Positions 26,527 to 39,900 of a stretch of 64,000 nt of DNA are shown here, in pieces. The stretch's first letter is position 1. Each line of letters opens with the position of its first letter. The position numbers were made by a program, and so were the translations under genes. Source of the stretch: Hyphochytrium catenoides. Lineage: Eukaryota > Protista > Hyphochytriomycota. The notes under the pieces are model-generated. The model had not been told where the DNA came from, did not search any database, and worked only from the letters and a program-made list of their open reading frames with translations. The stretch spans positions 1 through 64,000 of the forward strand of contig FLMG01000335.1 of the NCBI GenBank assembly GCA_900088475.1, given 5' to 3'.

Positions 26527-29500
26527 ATGTTTCTAAAACTCAGGGCATTCCCTGCAGATAAACTGCGGTCCCCGCAGCCGTCAGGTTACTTCAGCTCTTC
26601 AACGCCACCGCGAAACTCTGAAAGGCTCGAATTACCGCCGGCTGCGTCAGGTCTACGTACCCGACAGCCTCTTGATAGGTTTGGCAATACTTCGGAGAGT
26701 TCTTTTGCCCTACTTAGGAAGGTAAGCCTACTAATGCAGGAGTGAGCAGCAAAGCATCGACTAGCTATGTGCACGTTCTCTCTCATTGTGTACCTTCATC
26801 TGTCCTGCCAAGCCCGCTCTGCAAACACTACCCAGATCTCTTGCTTTACATATCGTTGTCCTTCTGAACCTCGCCTGTTGTCCCCTATCTGACCTCTACT
26901 TATCCCTTATGTTGCCACTCTATGTATCTAGTACCTTGAAGGGTACCAAGCTTGCCCCGAAAAGCTCTCGGTTGTGGGCTTCATAGGGCCGGACTACGCC
27001 CTCACCGCCAGGGTGGCCAACAAGATCATTGATGCCCCAGCATTTCCTATATCCAATCCTCGGCCGGCTGAAGCGTCGCTTCCTCTGTGTGCCCCAAGTG
27101 GAGAGGTTCTAATGCACTTCCTACCACAGAGCGGCACCCTTGTTCTGCTCTTGTCTTCTTGCATGGACATCCGGGCACTTGGGGCTGCTTGTGAGACCAT
27201 GGCAGAGACTCTGAAAGAGGTCAGATCAAAACGAGAAGGCAACTTAACGAACGATTGACATGTCCGCGCTAGTGCTCTGTCCAATAGGAGTGACCATTCT
27301 TGTTCGTTTGGATGTTCTTCTGTCACATTTGGTCAAACCATCTTTGCACGGGGAGTGGGATCCTTGCCTAGTGGGGATGCATTATTTATCCCGTCAATCA
27401 TACGATGGAATTAACCCCTGTGTCCCTCTCTTGATTTGCAAACCACCTTGTTCTAGGTCAAGACAGCACCACTCTATTCGTTGCACACCTACTTCCCCTC
27501 TGTGCAATTCGAGGACTGTAAGGCCCTCCTATTTATGTTCGCGGTTTGCCAACGGCTTCTCTTCCTTCACGATTATCCGCCCAGGATAGATATGCACGAG
27601 CTGAGGCTCCTGCGCCTCCTTCAGACAGCAAAAAGGGAAATGCTGTCGCTCAGGCACTCGCCAGCAGCAGTGCCAGTCTCTTCGTTATCTCCACTTCCAT
27701 CAGCCCATCCAGGTGTAGGTGACGCTCAGCAAAGGCTAGCCCAGAGCTATCATGTCCGCTTAATGTCAAAGCTATCCTCTCTTCCTACTACCTCTGTAGC
27801 TTTTGCATTTACCGCACCATCACTTGGGCTTCTCCCGTCTGCTAAATCGCCTCCAGATACGCCACAATGGAGCCAGCTTGCGAGTGCGGCTGCTTCCAAA
27901 CTCAAGAAGCTTCTTGGGGGGAAGAGGAGAGAGAAGGACGGAGGAGGTTCCAAGAGAGTGCTTTCTTTCGATGACAAGCATGGGGTCTTGATTATGGAGG
28001 AAAAGGATTTACCAGCTCCTGGTGAACGGAAGAAAACGACCACTCAAAGCACGACAGACAGCCACTTTACAACCCGCGCACGTAAATTTGTACTGGAGAA
28101 TAGGGCCTCCAAGCTGGACCAAGGCAAGAGAGGTACGAAGGGAGGGGTATATGGAGGGGTCCTAGTAGCTGGCCAAGTTGAAGTGAAATGGAAATAAGAA
28201 GGGCAGCTTTAGAGTTGCAATGGCTCATCACTCCGCTATCAAGCGGCACCCCGAGAAGGCTCCTTTACTCCGTATCACGGAGATATCCGACCGACGCGAT
28301 TGACCTTTCCCCTTAGCCACGTATATCTTTACTCCGTTTGTATGACGCCATTTACCGTTTGTCCTAGGGACCACTACTCCCTCAGAGCTGCTAGAAATGA
28401 TAGCTGGACTTTGCCTACTTTTATCATTGCCAGTTCCTAAGTACGTGGGCTCCAAGGCTCTAAGCCCTTCCTCTCCAAGAAGTGGTGGCGCTGGCGATGT
28501 ACCCGGCCCGGACAACAGGTTGGACTTTACGCGCTAAAGCACCTCTCATTGGGTGATCAACCCCTTAGCTTCTTAACCCGCTACGAATGCTGTTTGTTAT
28601 CAGTTTAAACTTGCTGCAGATGAGTAACTATGGTGACATCTCTACCGTCTGCCAAACTCATGTTTCTGGTATCCGCACTCTTTGTAATCTTACTCCAGGG
28701 CAGGCATGTACTCTGGAAGTTGGACGCCACAACTCTCTGAGGGGTTTCAGATCCTCGATGCTCCTCCAGGGGTTGACTCAGCACTTCTTCGACTGCTTCT
28801 CTCGCTCTGGCCATCACTCCTGTACTCAGGAAGCCGAGTGCAGCAGGCCATCTCTACGGCAAAGAGCAGCTACTATAGTCAGTTGCCCTCCGAGTATCGG
28901 TCTTACACGCATAAGAAGCATATGACCGAAGGTGAGAAACAAAAGGAAGCATACCATTTAAAGAGAGTCACAATGTCGGGATAAGTGTGGGCGGCACTAC
29001 GTCAGATCTTGACAGTCCGATTGCGATAAATTGGTTCACCAGGGTGCACACTTTGCGTAAAAAGAGGAGATGGGTTAGGACGAACGACCATAGACAGAGA
29101 GACCCCCGATATTATTCAATATTCCTCGGCCGTGCATTCCTCAGCTTTACTTTTGTAGCTTTTCGACAGCTATTGCGCTTTGCTGGCTCAGCAAACCCAG
29201 CAGCAGGGACCTTCATGGAGGCATTAAAGCAGGAATTTCGATCAGCCTGGATTAAAGGAAGAAGGCTCTGTGATAGCACAAGTGTCACGGGAAGACCATG
29301 CTTGCATCGCGTGCAAGGGGAACAGTCCAAAGAGGAGGTATTTGGTGACCAGAACGTGCAAACTGGAACAGACGTTGATCAAGACCTCAAGCATAAGCAT
29401 AGCAGTGGCTTCAAAAGAACTGCTGCCTGCAATTGTGGACGCACAAGAAAGGTGCGGGAAGATCCCTTCGACATAAAGATTGCGAACGCTGCACAGTTCG

Positions 29501-31856
29501 ATGGTACGTTGGTTTCTGCGCTGCTGAGCTCTTGTAGCTTAGTTTTGCCATTGTCCTGGCTGTTATAGATACATTCGCCAATCTATGCGCTAATCAAGAC
29601 TATATCCCCTTCTCACCTCAGCACCCTGTTGTTCGTACCTTGAGTCCTTGGTGCATGAGAAGACTAGTTATCCTGTAGGTCAGCTTTCTGGCCGGACAAC
29701 TCCCGAGCTTCGGAGTGAAGATGAGCAGGCAGGGAATGACTTGCCATGAACCGACTTGTCGAGAAAATAGCTAATGGGCAAATGTCGTAGGCTCTGGATG
29801 AAGGTTTTTCTATCCTGAGGATTGGGACCTACCAGTGAGTTCACCTCGATAAACTTCGGTCATCTTCGTTGAAGTGAGCTTGGCATTAGTTCTTTGGAAC
29901 TCACTTCAATTTTCGCGGCTCAACGCAGTCCTACTTTGCCCTAGTATTGGTGCCCTGTGGCATTGATATAGCCTGCCGTGGCAAAGCCGTATCCTCATCC
30001 TTTCCTTGCGTTATCAACTGCTGTGATTGTAGATGTTATCAGTCGAATGTGGGTATCCTGCAGGCCGGATTCCAGCCAGGTGGAAACGTACTCGACGAAT
30101 GGATAGTCAACGTAAGAGATCTGCCATTTAGAGGACCGGAGCGGACTTATACATGCAATGAACCTAAAGTGTGCATGCCTAGTCTGTCCAATTCTTGCTT
30201 TCATGCTCTCCCTTCTGCCCTTGCTTTGATAGCCTCTTTGTGACCAATCATCTTCCTGCATACCCACTTCTCGCTGACGTCGCTGATGCTACCTAGCCCT
30301 TGACAACGATAGCAAACGGGCCATTGTCCATTCCTCTGAGCAATGAGAGCAACGAGGAAAACCGGGCGAGAGGTTAGTGACGAAAAGATCCAGACTCTTC
30401 TGACGGACCAACTACGTCCGGTTTGCACTTTGACTGCCTGTATATGTAACACCTGTTTATTATTTTCGATGGTGGTACTTCCAGTTGCGGAGAAGATGTC
30501 GATGTACGCTGGGGTAGAGTACGAATGCGAGAAGGGGCATCGATTCTTGTGTGAGCACGAAGATCTGCTCGCTGCAGAAAAGGTATATTTGTCCACATCA
30601 AGACGTATCCCAGCCTTACGCGGCCTTTTTGGGTTTCATCCGACGAGACTATGCATGTTACGTTTGCCAGGCGCATCTCCATGTTATTCTTCAACAGTCC
30701 CCGAGTCAATCTTCAGCTCAGGCGGCCTTTATCTAGCGGACTATTCTCCTTTTTCTTTTGTGGCTTCATTAGCTAAGACACCAAAACACACTCTACGCAG
30801 GACAAAGGTAGAACGAAAGATAGTGCCGGAAGATTGGTGAGCCATTGGCCAGAGGTGGATGTTGCACTTTTGAGGCAGTGTCGATTCTGCAGGTTTGAAA
30901 AAGGAGAGAGCATGAAATGCAGTTCTTCTTTCGGGTCCCTTGCCCTCTCTCAGCTCGCAAAGGTTTCTCTGTTGATTCGGGGCCGCAACCTGTGTGGTCT
31001 AACTTTCGCACAAAGCTAATCTTTCACCTCTCCTGCAATTTCAGGAAGGCTAACATCCCCTCTCGCTCTCTATCTCTACCTTCTAGCCATGATATTACAG
31101 GTAGCTTTGGCGCTACACCTCAAGTCGCGCAGGCTATGCGCATCTACGTCGCTGTACCTGAGGAGAAGAGGAGGAGGATGGAGTATAGACTCCAAGTGAA
31201 TGTCGAGGTAAAGGCCCCTGCCATGGGATGCAATATGGTTGGGGGTGGAGGTGGCGGTTGCTGCTCGTCAATGCCCTCGTGCGATAATGAGGTGAAACGA
31301 TTTCAGCGATGAGTGCCTTTGGAGTGGACGAGACTTGGTGGCGGATTGTCAGTTAGTTCGGCAGAGAGTCTGTTGGGATGACGCGTCACTAACTCAAACC
31401 TTTCGCAGATATCCACAGGACATAAGGACACTCTATTCTCATATGGCGAAGAAGACCAACTTGTGCTGTTTCGCACGCCCTCCTGCCGTTTGCCCAGGAA
31501 CAGCTTCGTCTGCTGTCGACTGCCGTATCCTTTCCCTACCTGAGGTTTATCTCCTTTTCTGTGGCCCTTTTAACTTTGATCCTCAAATGAAAAGGCTTCT
31601 ACTTGTTTCCTGTTGGAGGTGGTGCCGAGCCGCGAAGCGCCATGCTCTAGCATAGTACTTCTAACGTTTGTTATCGTGGTCCTATCATGTCCCACCTAAC
31701 TGCTTTTTAGCCCTAAGTACTTCCATCTTCTCCGTCGTTTGCAGCAACCTTAACTTGACTAGCTTTGTATATCCAAAGAAAAAGGACTTCGAAGGAGTCA
31801 GCGGCCATTTGGTCATCCGCAAGGGAATGCTCCAAGCTATAGACGGAGCAGGGTAA
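26527..31856 (+). CDS. SMG8: Nonsense-mediated decay factor SMG8
   Basis: Exons encode LSVVGFIG, ALLFMFAVCQRLLFL, CDSTSVTGRPC.H...HSSG...ACNCGRTRKVREDPFDIKIAN, YAGVEYECEKGHRF, AQAMRIYVAVP and RLPFVY. These SMG8 motifs are in the expected order. Confidence 0.88.
31525..31762 (+). other. Probable U12-type (minor spliceosome) GT-AG intron, last intron of SMG8
   Basis: 5' site GTATCCTTT. Branch site CCTTAAC at 31748-31754 just upstream of the TAG acceptor, with no polypyrimidine tract. Splicing restores RLP|FVY in frame. Confidence 0.78.
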
Positions 31857-31948
31857 GGGCAGGATTGGAAGATTCAACGGGTGGCAGTTCTATTGATAAT
31901 CCGAACGATGGGCTACTGGTCCTGTGATAGCTAAACAACCCAACAGTC

Positions 31949-34900
31949 CTAGAAGCGACTGATGTCTCTCCCGAAGATGAAGGTCTTCGTCCAATGCATG
32001 AAGATGAGAAACTTGTTCCGCCAGGAGACCTTTCGGAAGAACGCAATAACGAAGAAGGGGTATTTCTCAGTGTTGTTCTGCTGGAGACTGAGCCTCTTTG
32101 ATAAAAGTTGACGCATGACACACAGATAACAATTGGCCCCAGCGCCCTCAGCAACATTTCTTTGCAAGGCTTCTTTTTTGCCATCGTACCTGCTTGCTGA
32201 AATACGCTGACCTCCATAGCAGAAAAGCGAATCTTCCTGCACCGCTCCATTTCGCGTCCCCTAAGTCGACAAGTGCTCGGTAACCACCTTTAAAAAGGAA
32301 TAAGGAGTTAGTCTTCGCTGTAGAGCAAAATTGAAGGGGAAAGGTTGCAACACGAACAGGTCTCCCCTTAATCACTTGATTAAAAAAGAATATAAACGGA
32401 TAGACGAGGGAAGAAGAATAGAGAGACGAAGCTACCGAAGGAAGAAAGACAACTTGAGAAGTAGGCAAAGGCGACCTAAGAGAGAAGAGAACACCCAGAT
32501 TGCTGAGTGAGGCTAGAGCCTACCGATATAGGTCATCATTCCCGCATGCTGGTAGTCGAAAGGTTTGAAGTGCTCCGGAGTTAGGTCCACAGGAGAGCTG
32601 TTAAATAACTTGGCCAAGTATTTTCCTTTTCTTTCTGCCACCTGGGCCGTCGCTGCCAACAATCATGACCGATGCGTAGGTGCCATAAGGGAGAGCACGG
32701 TTAGGAGGCCCAGGACTTTGAAAAGTACTTTCTTCAGCAAAAAGCGGCCTTTATCCACGCCAGATTGGCAAACCTTGGACCTCTTACTTTCCTCCAACCT
32801 GCCCATACTATCAACATTACCGAACTTCACTCCCTGCAGGAGCCACATACTGTCCACAACGCTGAGGAACTTACGTGCTAGGGAGTGTTCCTCAATTGTA
32901 GCGCAATCTCCGATCGCAAAAATGTTACTGTGTCCTTTTACTCGGAGATATTCATCCGTCAGTAGCCGCCCTGCGAAACATTGGACGCGTGAGCAGTCGA
33001 TAGGCGCTGCGGACAGCGAGTGACAAGGACGACCTTAAATGGCGATAGTACCAAAAGGAACCACTGCGGATGCTCAATTTAGGGATACGTCTTCTATGAC
33101 AAGATTGACCATAAATTTACACGGTGTTCCTACAATGATAGGCCCTGCATACCATGAGAATCTTTCTCGAAATCCAGTCCCTGTATAAAGGGCCGAGGTG
33201 CCACCCCCGTGCTCCACACGCAGAGGCCAAAGGGCATTCTTTCTCCGTTAGACAGAACAATCTCCTTCGCCTGTGCATGTAAACCACACACAAACCCAAT
33301 GTACAAGTGGGAAACAGCAAAAGAATTAGGGCGTTGCCTAGTAGGGACTGACAGGAAGGATGTCGATAGCCAGATGCTTACCGTGACCTCCTTGACTGCC
33401 ACTTTAGTGCGGACATTGATGTTTTGGCGAGCGAAGTAGGTACTGGTGTAGTCAATCTAGAATACGGAGAAAGTCATAAAGAAGTAAGCCACAAAGGCTA
33501 TAAGGCAATGAAGTATAGCTGAAAAGTCTCAGTAGCTTCACTTTAGCAGTCACTTTGCTGTGCCCCCTACGAGTAAGTCTTACCAGTCCCTTGTTGAACA
33601 TCCCAAGCATGTGCTCTGAGGCTTCAATGAGCGTGATCTGGATTAGAGGTGAGAGCTCGGGAAAGGCCTTGCGAAGATCCTACGTAGAGAGAATGGACAC
33701 GTAGGCAATTATCGACTGGCTGCTAGTGCGAATAACATGTTGTTAAGAGTCACAGGGTCACTGATTACCTGCATAATGAAATCATGCAACTCAGCGGCGA
33801 ACTCTACGCCAGTTGGTCCACCTGGTTTGCAGACGACGTCAGTCTCTTTCATGCGTATCTAGCTTGTCACCAAATCTAACCCGCTCCAGTAGTGGTTGTT
33901 GCACGGTATCTATAAGACCGATACTATCAAAAGGGATTGCTTACCGCCTACAATGACGAAGTGCATTGCTCTCTTTCTGAACTCTTCAGTCGCCTCAGGA
34001 TAGCTCGCGTCCTCGAAACATTCAATGATCTTTCTCCTGATTTGTCTGGCGTGAGAGAGCTCCTTCAGGAAAAAGGCATGCTCCTCTACCCCAGGGATAT
34101 TGAAAGTATTTGTGCGGGCTCCAACAGCAACCACAAGCTTATCGTACGGGATCCTAAGGAACAGCCACGAGGAGGTGACGTCAACCGACCAGTATCGAGA
34201 AGAGACGCAAAGGTTTGGCCCGGGGTTGAGAAGGGAAATCAAAGGGAACTAGCAGGAGCTGTCCCCCATTCCAGAAGATGGCAAAGCCAGGGTTGTCAAC
34301 CGCATCCAAAATATTGTCTGTGCCTCCCTGTTATACGTCTGCTGATGCTTCCATCCTTTGTGGCAGGATTACCTCTTGGTATTGAGACCCTCTTCGAACC
34401 AGTCAGCATTGATCAGCACCTCTTGATTCTCGGTGTCAATTGCTTGAGCATATGCCATGTGATAACGAGCGCCCTTGCTATGTATGGAGTTCAAGGGGTT
34501 AGAATGTCGTGCAGCTCTTCTGAACGACTTCATTTCCAGTCATCTCCTATCTTCATCTATACTGATTCCTCCTGGAATTATACTCTTCACTACAGTGCAC
34601 CTTCTACGTCTCTGCTCCGTGCTATATCTCTGTCGGGCGGCAGTGTCCCAGACAACTCCCATACTTACTGAGCTTTCCTAGCAGGCTCCACGATACTCCG
34701 AAACTCTAAGGTACCGGTAGCGGTTGACGGGAGAAGAGGAGTGAATAGATAGTGGTTCCTGGGAGAGATCAACAGCACGTCATAACGCTTCGTATCGATG
34801 TCCAGGAAGGCTCTGAACCCACCCCAGCCTGAGCCGAGGATGACAACCCTTTCCCGCAAAGGCCTTAGACGTTGAGGCTTCGACTTCACCTCTTGCTTGG

Positions 34901-35036
34901 CAGGGGATTTAGTGGCACGTGGGGAGGCACTGTCGGGTGTAGAGGATACTTCAGCCTCTACTGCCACGGCAGCCTTTTGGTGCTGCCATCGCAGCTGACG
35001 AAGAGGTAAGCGCGGTTTAATTGCCCTGCCCAACAT
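31949..35036 (-). CDS. Type II (alternative, non-proton-pumping) NADH:ubiquinone oxidoreductase, NDA-like, mitochondrial
   Basis: Presequence-like N-terminus, [53 protein letters not shown]|[37 protein letters not shown] and C-terminal IFGRDISRF*. No EF-hand insert seen. Confidence 0.95.
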
Positions 35037-35497
35037 AGCACAGCTTCTCTTTCTTCACTATTTCCGTTGTTAGTCTTTCTGAACCCTGTGGTTTGACGTC
35101 CTCCCAAGGTTAAGACAAGCTCAGGCGGGCAGTCAAGGACACCTTGAAGCTCAAGAGAAGAAGAGAAATGGAAAGGGCACAATTCGTACTTCCAGCAGCT
35201 ATCTTAATCTGTTTATACAGAGGAAAGTTAAGAGAGACGGGAAATGATGCGGGGTTTTCTACTTGTGTCGGAAAGGCCTTAGAAAGCTATGGACGAGTCT
35301 TTCTATCCAGCTTCTTGAAGCCCACTGGCTAGAGCTTGCTTGTCCGCTTGCCCTGGTAAAGTCCTCTACTGACTCTTCTCTCTCTTCTCCTTCTATCTGT
35401 CTTCACAAGCGATGCCAGAGGGGAATTATTAGAAAGAGAAACAAAAGATTGGCTTCTTTTACAAGGTGTGAGTAGCCGAGGGCAGACTAATCTCGAA

Positions 35498-35499
<2 letters not shown>

Positions 35500-35540
<41 letters not shown>
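35500..35540. repeat. (CT)n microsatellite
   Basis: Perfect tctctc run of about 40 bp upstream of the NADH dehydrogenase gene. Confidence 0.9.
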
Positions 35541-35544
<4 letters not shown>

Positions 35545-36941
35545 CTTTCCCTCTCTGTGCCCACTCTCTGCCACTTCGCTCCCATGCCGCAGCTGTCATC
35601 CACCTCCGCCTCTGCTCTATTGATATGAAGTTGAGGGGCGGTCGGCAATGCTCTCACGATATTCTCTAAGATAATGTTCGCGCTGCTGGGATCTCTGTCT
35701 GACCAGCGTGATGACGAGCCATCACCCACTGTCATCTCGGATCCTAACAGCGTCCAACTACTATTACACCTTACTCCCTCCTAAACCCCTGAGTGTCGGC
35801 TATTACTACGTCCGTCGTGCACCTTCCTTCAATGATTGATACCTTTCATCAGAGAACCATTGAGCTGAATAACTCGAACAAAAGGAAAGAGCCCGTTATT
35901 AATAGGAACACAATTTGTGAAACATTACTAAGTAGGTTTCAGAGTGCGAAGCTTTCGTCGTTACAAAAGAACAGAATGAAGGAGAAAATTTGTTGAAGTT
36001 CGGTGCGGCGCCAAGAGACAGAGATTTTCTGCGTAGCGAGGCAGCGAAGAAGTGACGAGAAGAAGCCCGAAGAGCTGATGCGAACTGCAGACCGAAAGAG
36101 ACGAGAGGAAAAAGACGAGGGCCCTTCTCGATAGAAGAGGCGACAAGAGAAACGGATGAGGCTTTATGGACGAACAGGGAGAGTGCAAAGGGTGGGGAAG
36201 AAGTGGGAGGAAGACATGCCACAGCGTTTTGGAAGGAGTAGAGATCACGGCATCAGATGGGCCAAGAGCTTCATTGTTATGGACTCGTTTGGACTGGGAT
36301 CAGAGCTAGAAGTGGAGGTGACTTGTTAAGGTAGATCGAAAGCAAGAGACGTTCTTGACTTGTGACGGGATTTGGGGGTTACTGACTTACCATTATGCTA
36401 AAAGTGCCGGAAAGTGCGAAAAGCTAATCTCTAAGTTTTTCAATGAAGGGGAAAGAAAGACCCATTGGTCTTGAAATCTGAAATCGTCTAGTGTCAATCT
36501 GCCCTAGTGAAGAAGATATATCTTGTGAGATGAAGTGATACGTGCTGCGCGGCTCTCTTTCACGATGAAGCACCAAACTTGATATTTTTATCCCTATAAA
36601 TTATAATGGATTATTGATGGGGCCACCCCGGCGCTAAAAGAGCATTGATAGGGAAGGCGCACTACGCCGATGATCGAGTAGTTCAAGTCAGAGGCCTGGG
36701 GCGCATACCGTTCTTCCGTCCTTCACCAGTGATGGTAGAAGTGGAAATCCCTTCTGCACCAAAGGCAAGAGTGCCTGTAGATTAAACCCTGGGAGATCCC
36801 TCGTTTAGTCTTGGAAGTCCAGTGAGGGGCTGTACTCTTATATCTGCTATCTAAGAAGGCTCAATCCTTTCGTCTGTGACGTGCTCCATGTATTGCTCCA
36901 GTAAGTTTTCCAGGCAGGGTAGCCTCTGATCTCTTTGGGCC

Positions 36942-39900
36942 TCAGCTTCTTGATTCTGCTTTCTTTCTTATAAGAAGTCTCTCAAAACTTCTTGTCCAAA
37001 TGCTTGCCGCATGTGACCAAGAAAACTTGGCACGAGAAGACTTTTTCATGGCATCACGTTGCCTGCTCAGGTCCTGGCCGTAGGCAACAACAATAGAATC
37101 TACCCATTCCTTCACCCACTCCTGCTCTGGTTTGTCTTGAATAGAGAATGGAGAAAAAGAAAGCGGGAGGGGTTCGGTCGTGAGCTACAATCAGACAGAA
37201 GGCAAGACAACTTCCTAGAGATTGAGCTCATATGTAGTATCGAAGATCCAAACATAGACAGAGAGGGGATAGGGTTTCTAACAACCAATGGGACTGCTCT
37301 CCTTGCCATCAGAAGGCCCAGAACTCTGAAAAGGGAGCCACCACCTCGATAACTAAAAGGGCCAGGGAAGACAAATAGAGAAATGACTAGACGTTTGAGA
37401 AACAAAGCCGGAAGCGGAAACGGATGAGGTTTTGGATGATATTGAGCAAAACTTCGAGAAGGAGGAGAACTACCGGCGACGAGTCTGATCTCGGATGGTC
37501 CCATATCATAAGCACCGGTCAGTTCCGGTAGGACGGAGTTTGAATACCGGCTCGTGATCGGAATTGCTCCCATAGCTAATGCTTTCATGAGTGAGACGCA
37601 GCCTGGTGTTGCATGCCATAGAGAAAGAGTGGAAGTCACGCTTGGAGTCCGAAGAGCAAAGGGAGAGCCGAGCAATAACGGAGAATCCACCTGCACCCTC
37701 ACAACCGTCCGCCGTCAATTATTCAGACCTCTTATTGCTGAGGGTCACTTCTGGAGTCTATGCCTGCATCCATCTCTCCTCTTCTCCCTCCGCCTTTCTA
37801 CCAGCCCTTTTTAGCTTCGCGTTCCCCATGGAGTCAGCTTGGACAAGTTTACGTCCATGGACCAACTCACCTGTCTCGGGATATGTGGTCGGATAGAGAG
37901 AGAATCCGGCAGTGGCATAACCTTGTGCCAAATCGTCATGAGATACGAGACCCAGGTAACGGACCCCTTTCTGTCTGAGCAGTTCGTCCATTTCTGCTCT
38001 CCATTGTAAGTAATTAGGGATCTGGGTTCGGGCATATTTTTCGAAGGCAGGGGTGAAGCCATAATATACCTACCACCACGACGAGAGAGAGGGACGTAAA
38101 ATGAGTTTTGCAGATCAGGAGTCATACTAGCATTGGCAGCGAGGAAAACCCCGGACAATGTCAGAGCTCTCTGAGAGACCATTGACGCACGAGATCGAGA
38201 GTGCAAGATGCACCGACGTGCATACGTCGCAGTCTCCGAAGGGAATGAGGGATAAATTCAAAACAGTTTGTTGATGTTGAGAGAAGGGTCGAGCTCGTGC
38301 TGATGCCAAATGGGCCAGGGTACTCCATTTAGATTGCCGGAGACTTGTTTCAAAGGGAAGACAGACCATGCAACTCAGCATACCAGTAGTTCAGCATCGG
38401 GGATCTCTTTCGTGATGGCTCCCCAAGCCCGTAGTACTGTCTCCAACCCTCGATTGGGGGCGCTGCCGTATATGAAGACATTGTTCTTATTGAGTCCATC
38501 TCTGTAGTAGGACGGATTGAGTCCATTAGGAGCCACAAATGCTATATCTTTAACTGGAGGAGGCAACAATGAGAGAGCGAAGTGGCTGGGGACGACAACA
38601 CCATCGATCTGCACAAAGTATGGCGTCGCATTAGCTTAAGATAGTAAGGGTATCCGATATGGGTTCGGGTGGAGAGGACGGGAAGGTTCAGGCATGTCTT
38701 AATCGACGAGCTCTTGGGAGAAGTCTGGTTTATGCTAAAGGGAAGGGTGAGCGAGAGGTTTCCTTACCATGTTCCTGTTATCCGAGATCCATGTCATCTG
38801 ATCCACCACATCATGGAGCCAGAGGAGACGAATTTTGCTCTGCGCTCCCAGGGCCAAGGAGATGTAATACCGCCAGGCAATAAACACATCAACTAAGGAA
38901 GGGTCGAGTGTAGGGAGAGATAATAGAGGTAGCGTGGCAAAGCATTACTAGTATCCTTCCAGGAATGTAAAGTTAAGGTGAGAGTGATGCTGGAGAGGGT
39001 ATACTGAGAGGCACAGAAAGATCTCTAGGACACCAATCTTTAGGGACTAGGTGCATCACGAAGGTAGTGCTAGCTCAACCATTCAAAAAGGGAATAACTA
39101 CATAAAAATCGGGCAGTAGAGAAGAGTGTTTTTGCTTGTACGACTACAAGCGTTCTGATAAAGAACAAAATGCTTGACTAGGAAGATGAAGCTCCTGAAA
39201 CATATTAGGTCATCCCACCTGGCTGTCTAGTGTCATAGCTTTGATAGTTGTACCAAACAACGCCACTTTTAGGGTCCAATCCTCTCTCTGTCGCAGGAGG
39301 ACTGCCATACACCTCCACCCAGTAGCCAGCCTCCACGAGTGCGCCTGCCAAGAAAATTACAGCCTCTTCGCTACCTCCAATGCCTGTGTCTATTGAGCTC
39401 GGACCCCACTCGGTCCACCTGAACAAAGAAATGCTGTCATGAATTGCTTCGTGCGTTGATAGTTCAACCCAGTGCTTCTGAACTGTCATTACAACGGTAT
39501 GTCGCTCACCATTCGTTGCCATATTGATGGCAGTACAGGCCGACTGTCACTTTTCCTTTAGGTCTGCTCACTCGTTGGGTTTGCTCTCTCCATTTCATGA
39601 ATCCTCGTTCATTCTCTGCCTTCACAGTGGATAAAGAAAGAGAAGTAGAGAGAGACGCTTGGCCTAAATCCCTATAAAGGGCAGCCAGATTGTAGGCCGC
39701 TTCATAGTTCTCGGGGTACTGGCGGACAATACTTTCCAGTGCATTACGTGCCTGCTCAGATTTGTTCAGCAAACAGAGGCATAGCATAGCTTTAGTCTCA
39801 ATGGTTGCTGTCCATCATTGTCAGGTATATTGCTTATCGCCAGCTTTCGCCCGTCCCGTCCATCTCTCTCCTCCGTCGCACAATGTAAGGAATGCAACAC

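Noticed and set aside
36660-36710. GTTCAAGTC T-loop/B-box-like word
   Set aside because: Flanks do not form a T-stem or cloverleaf, so it is not a tRNA.
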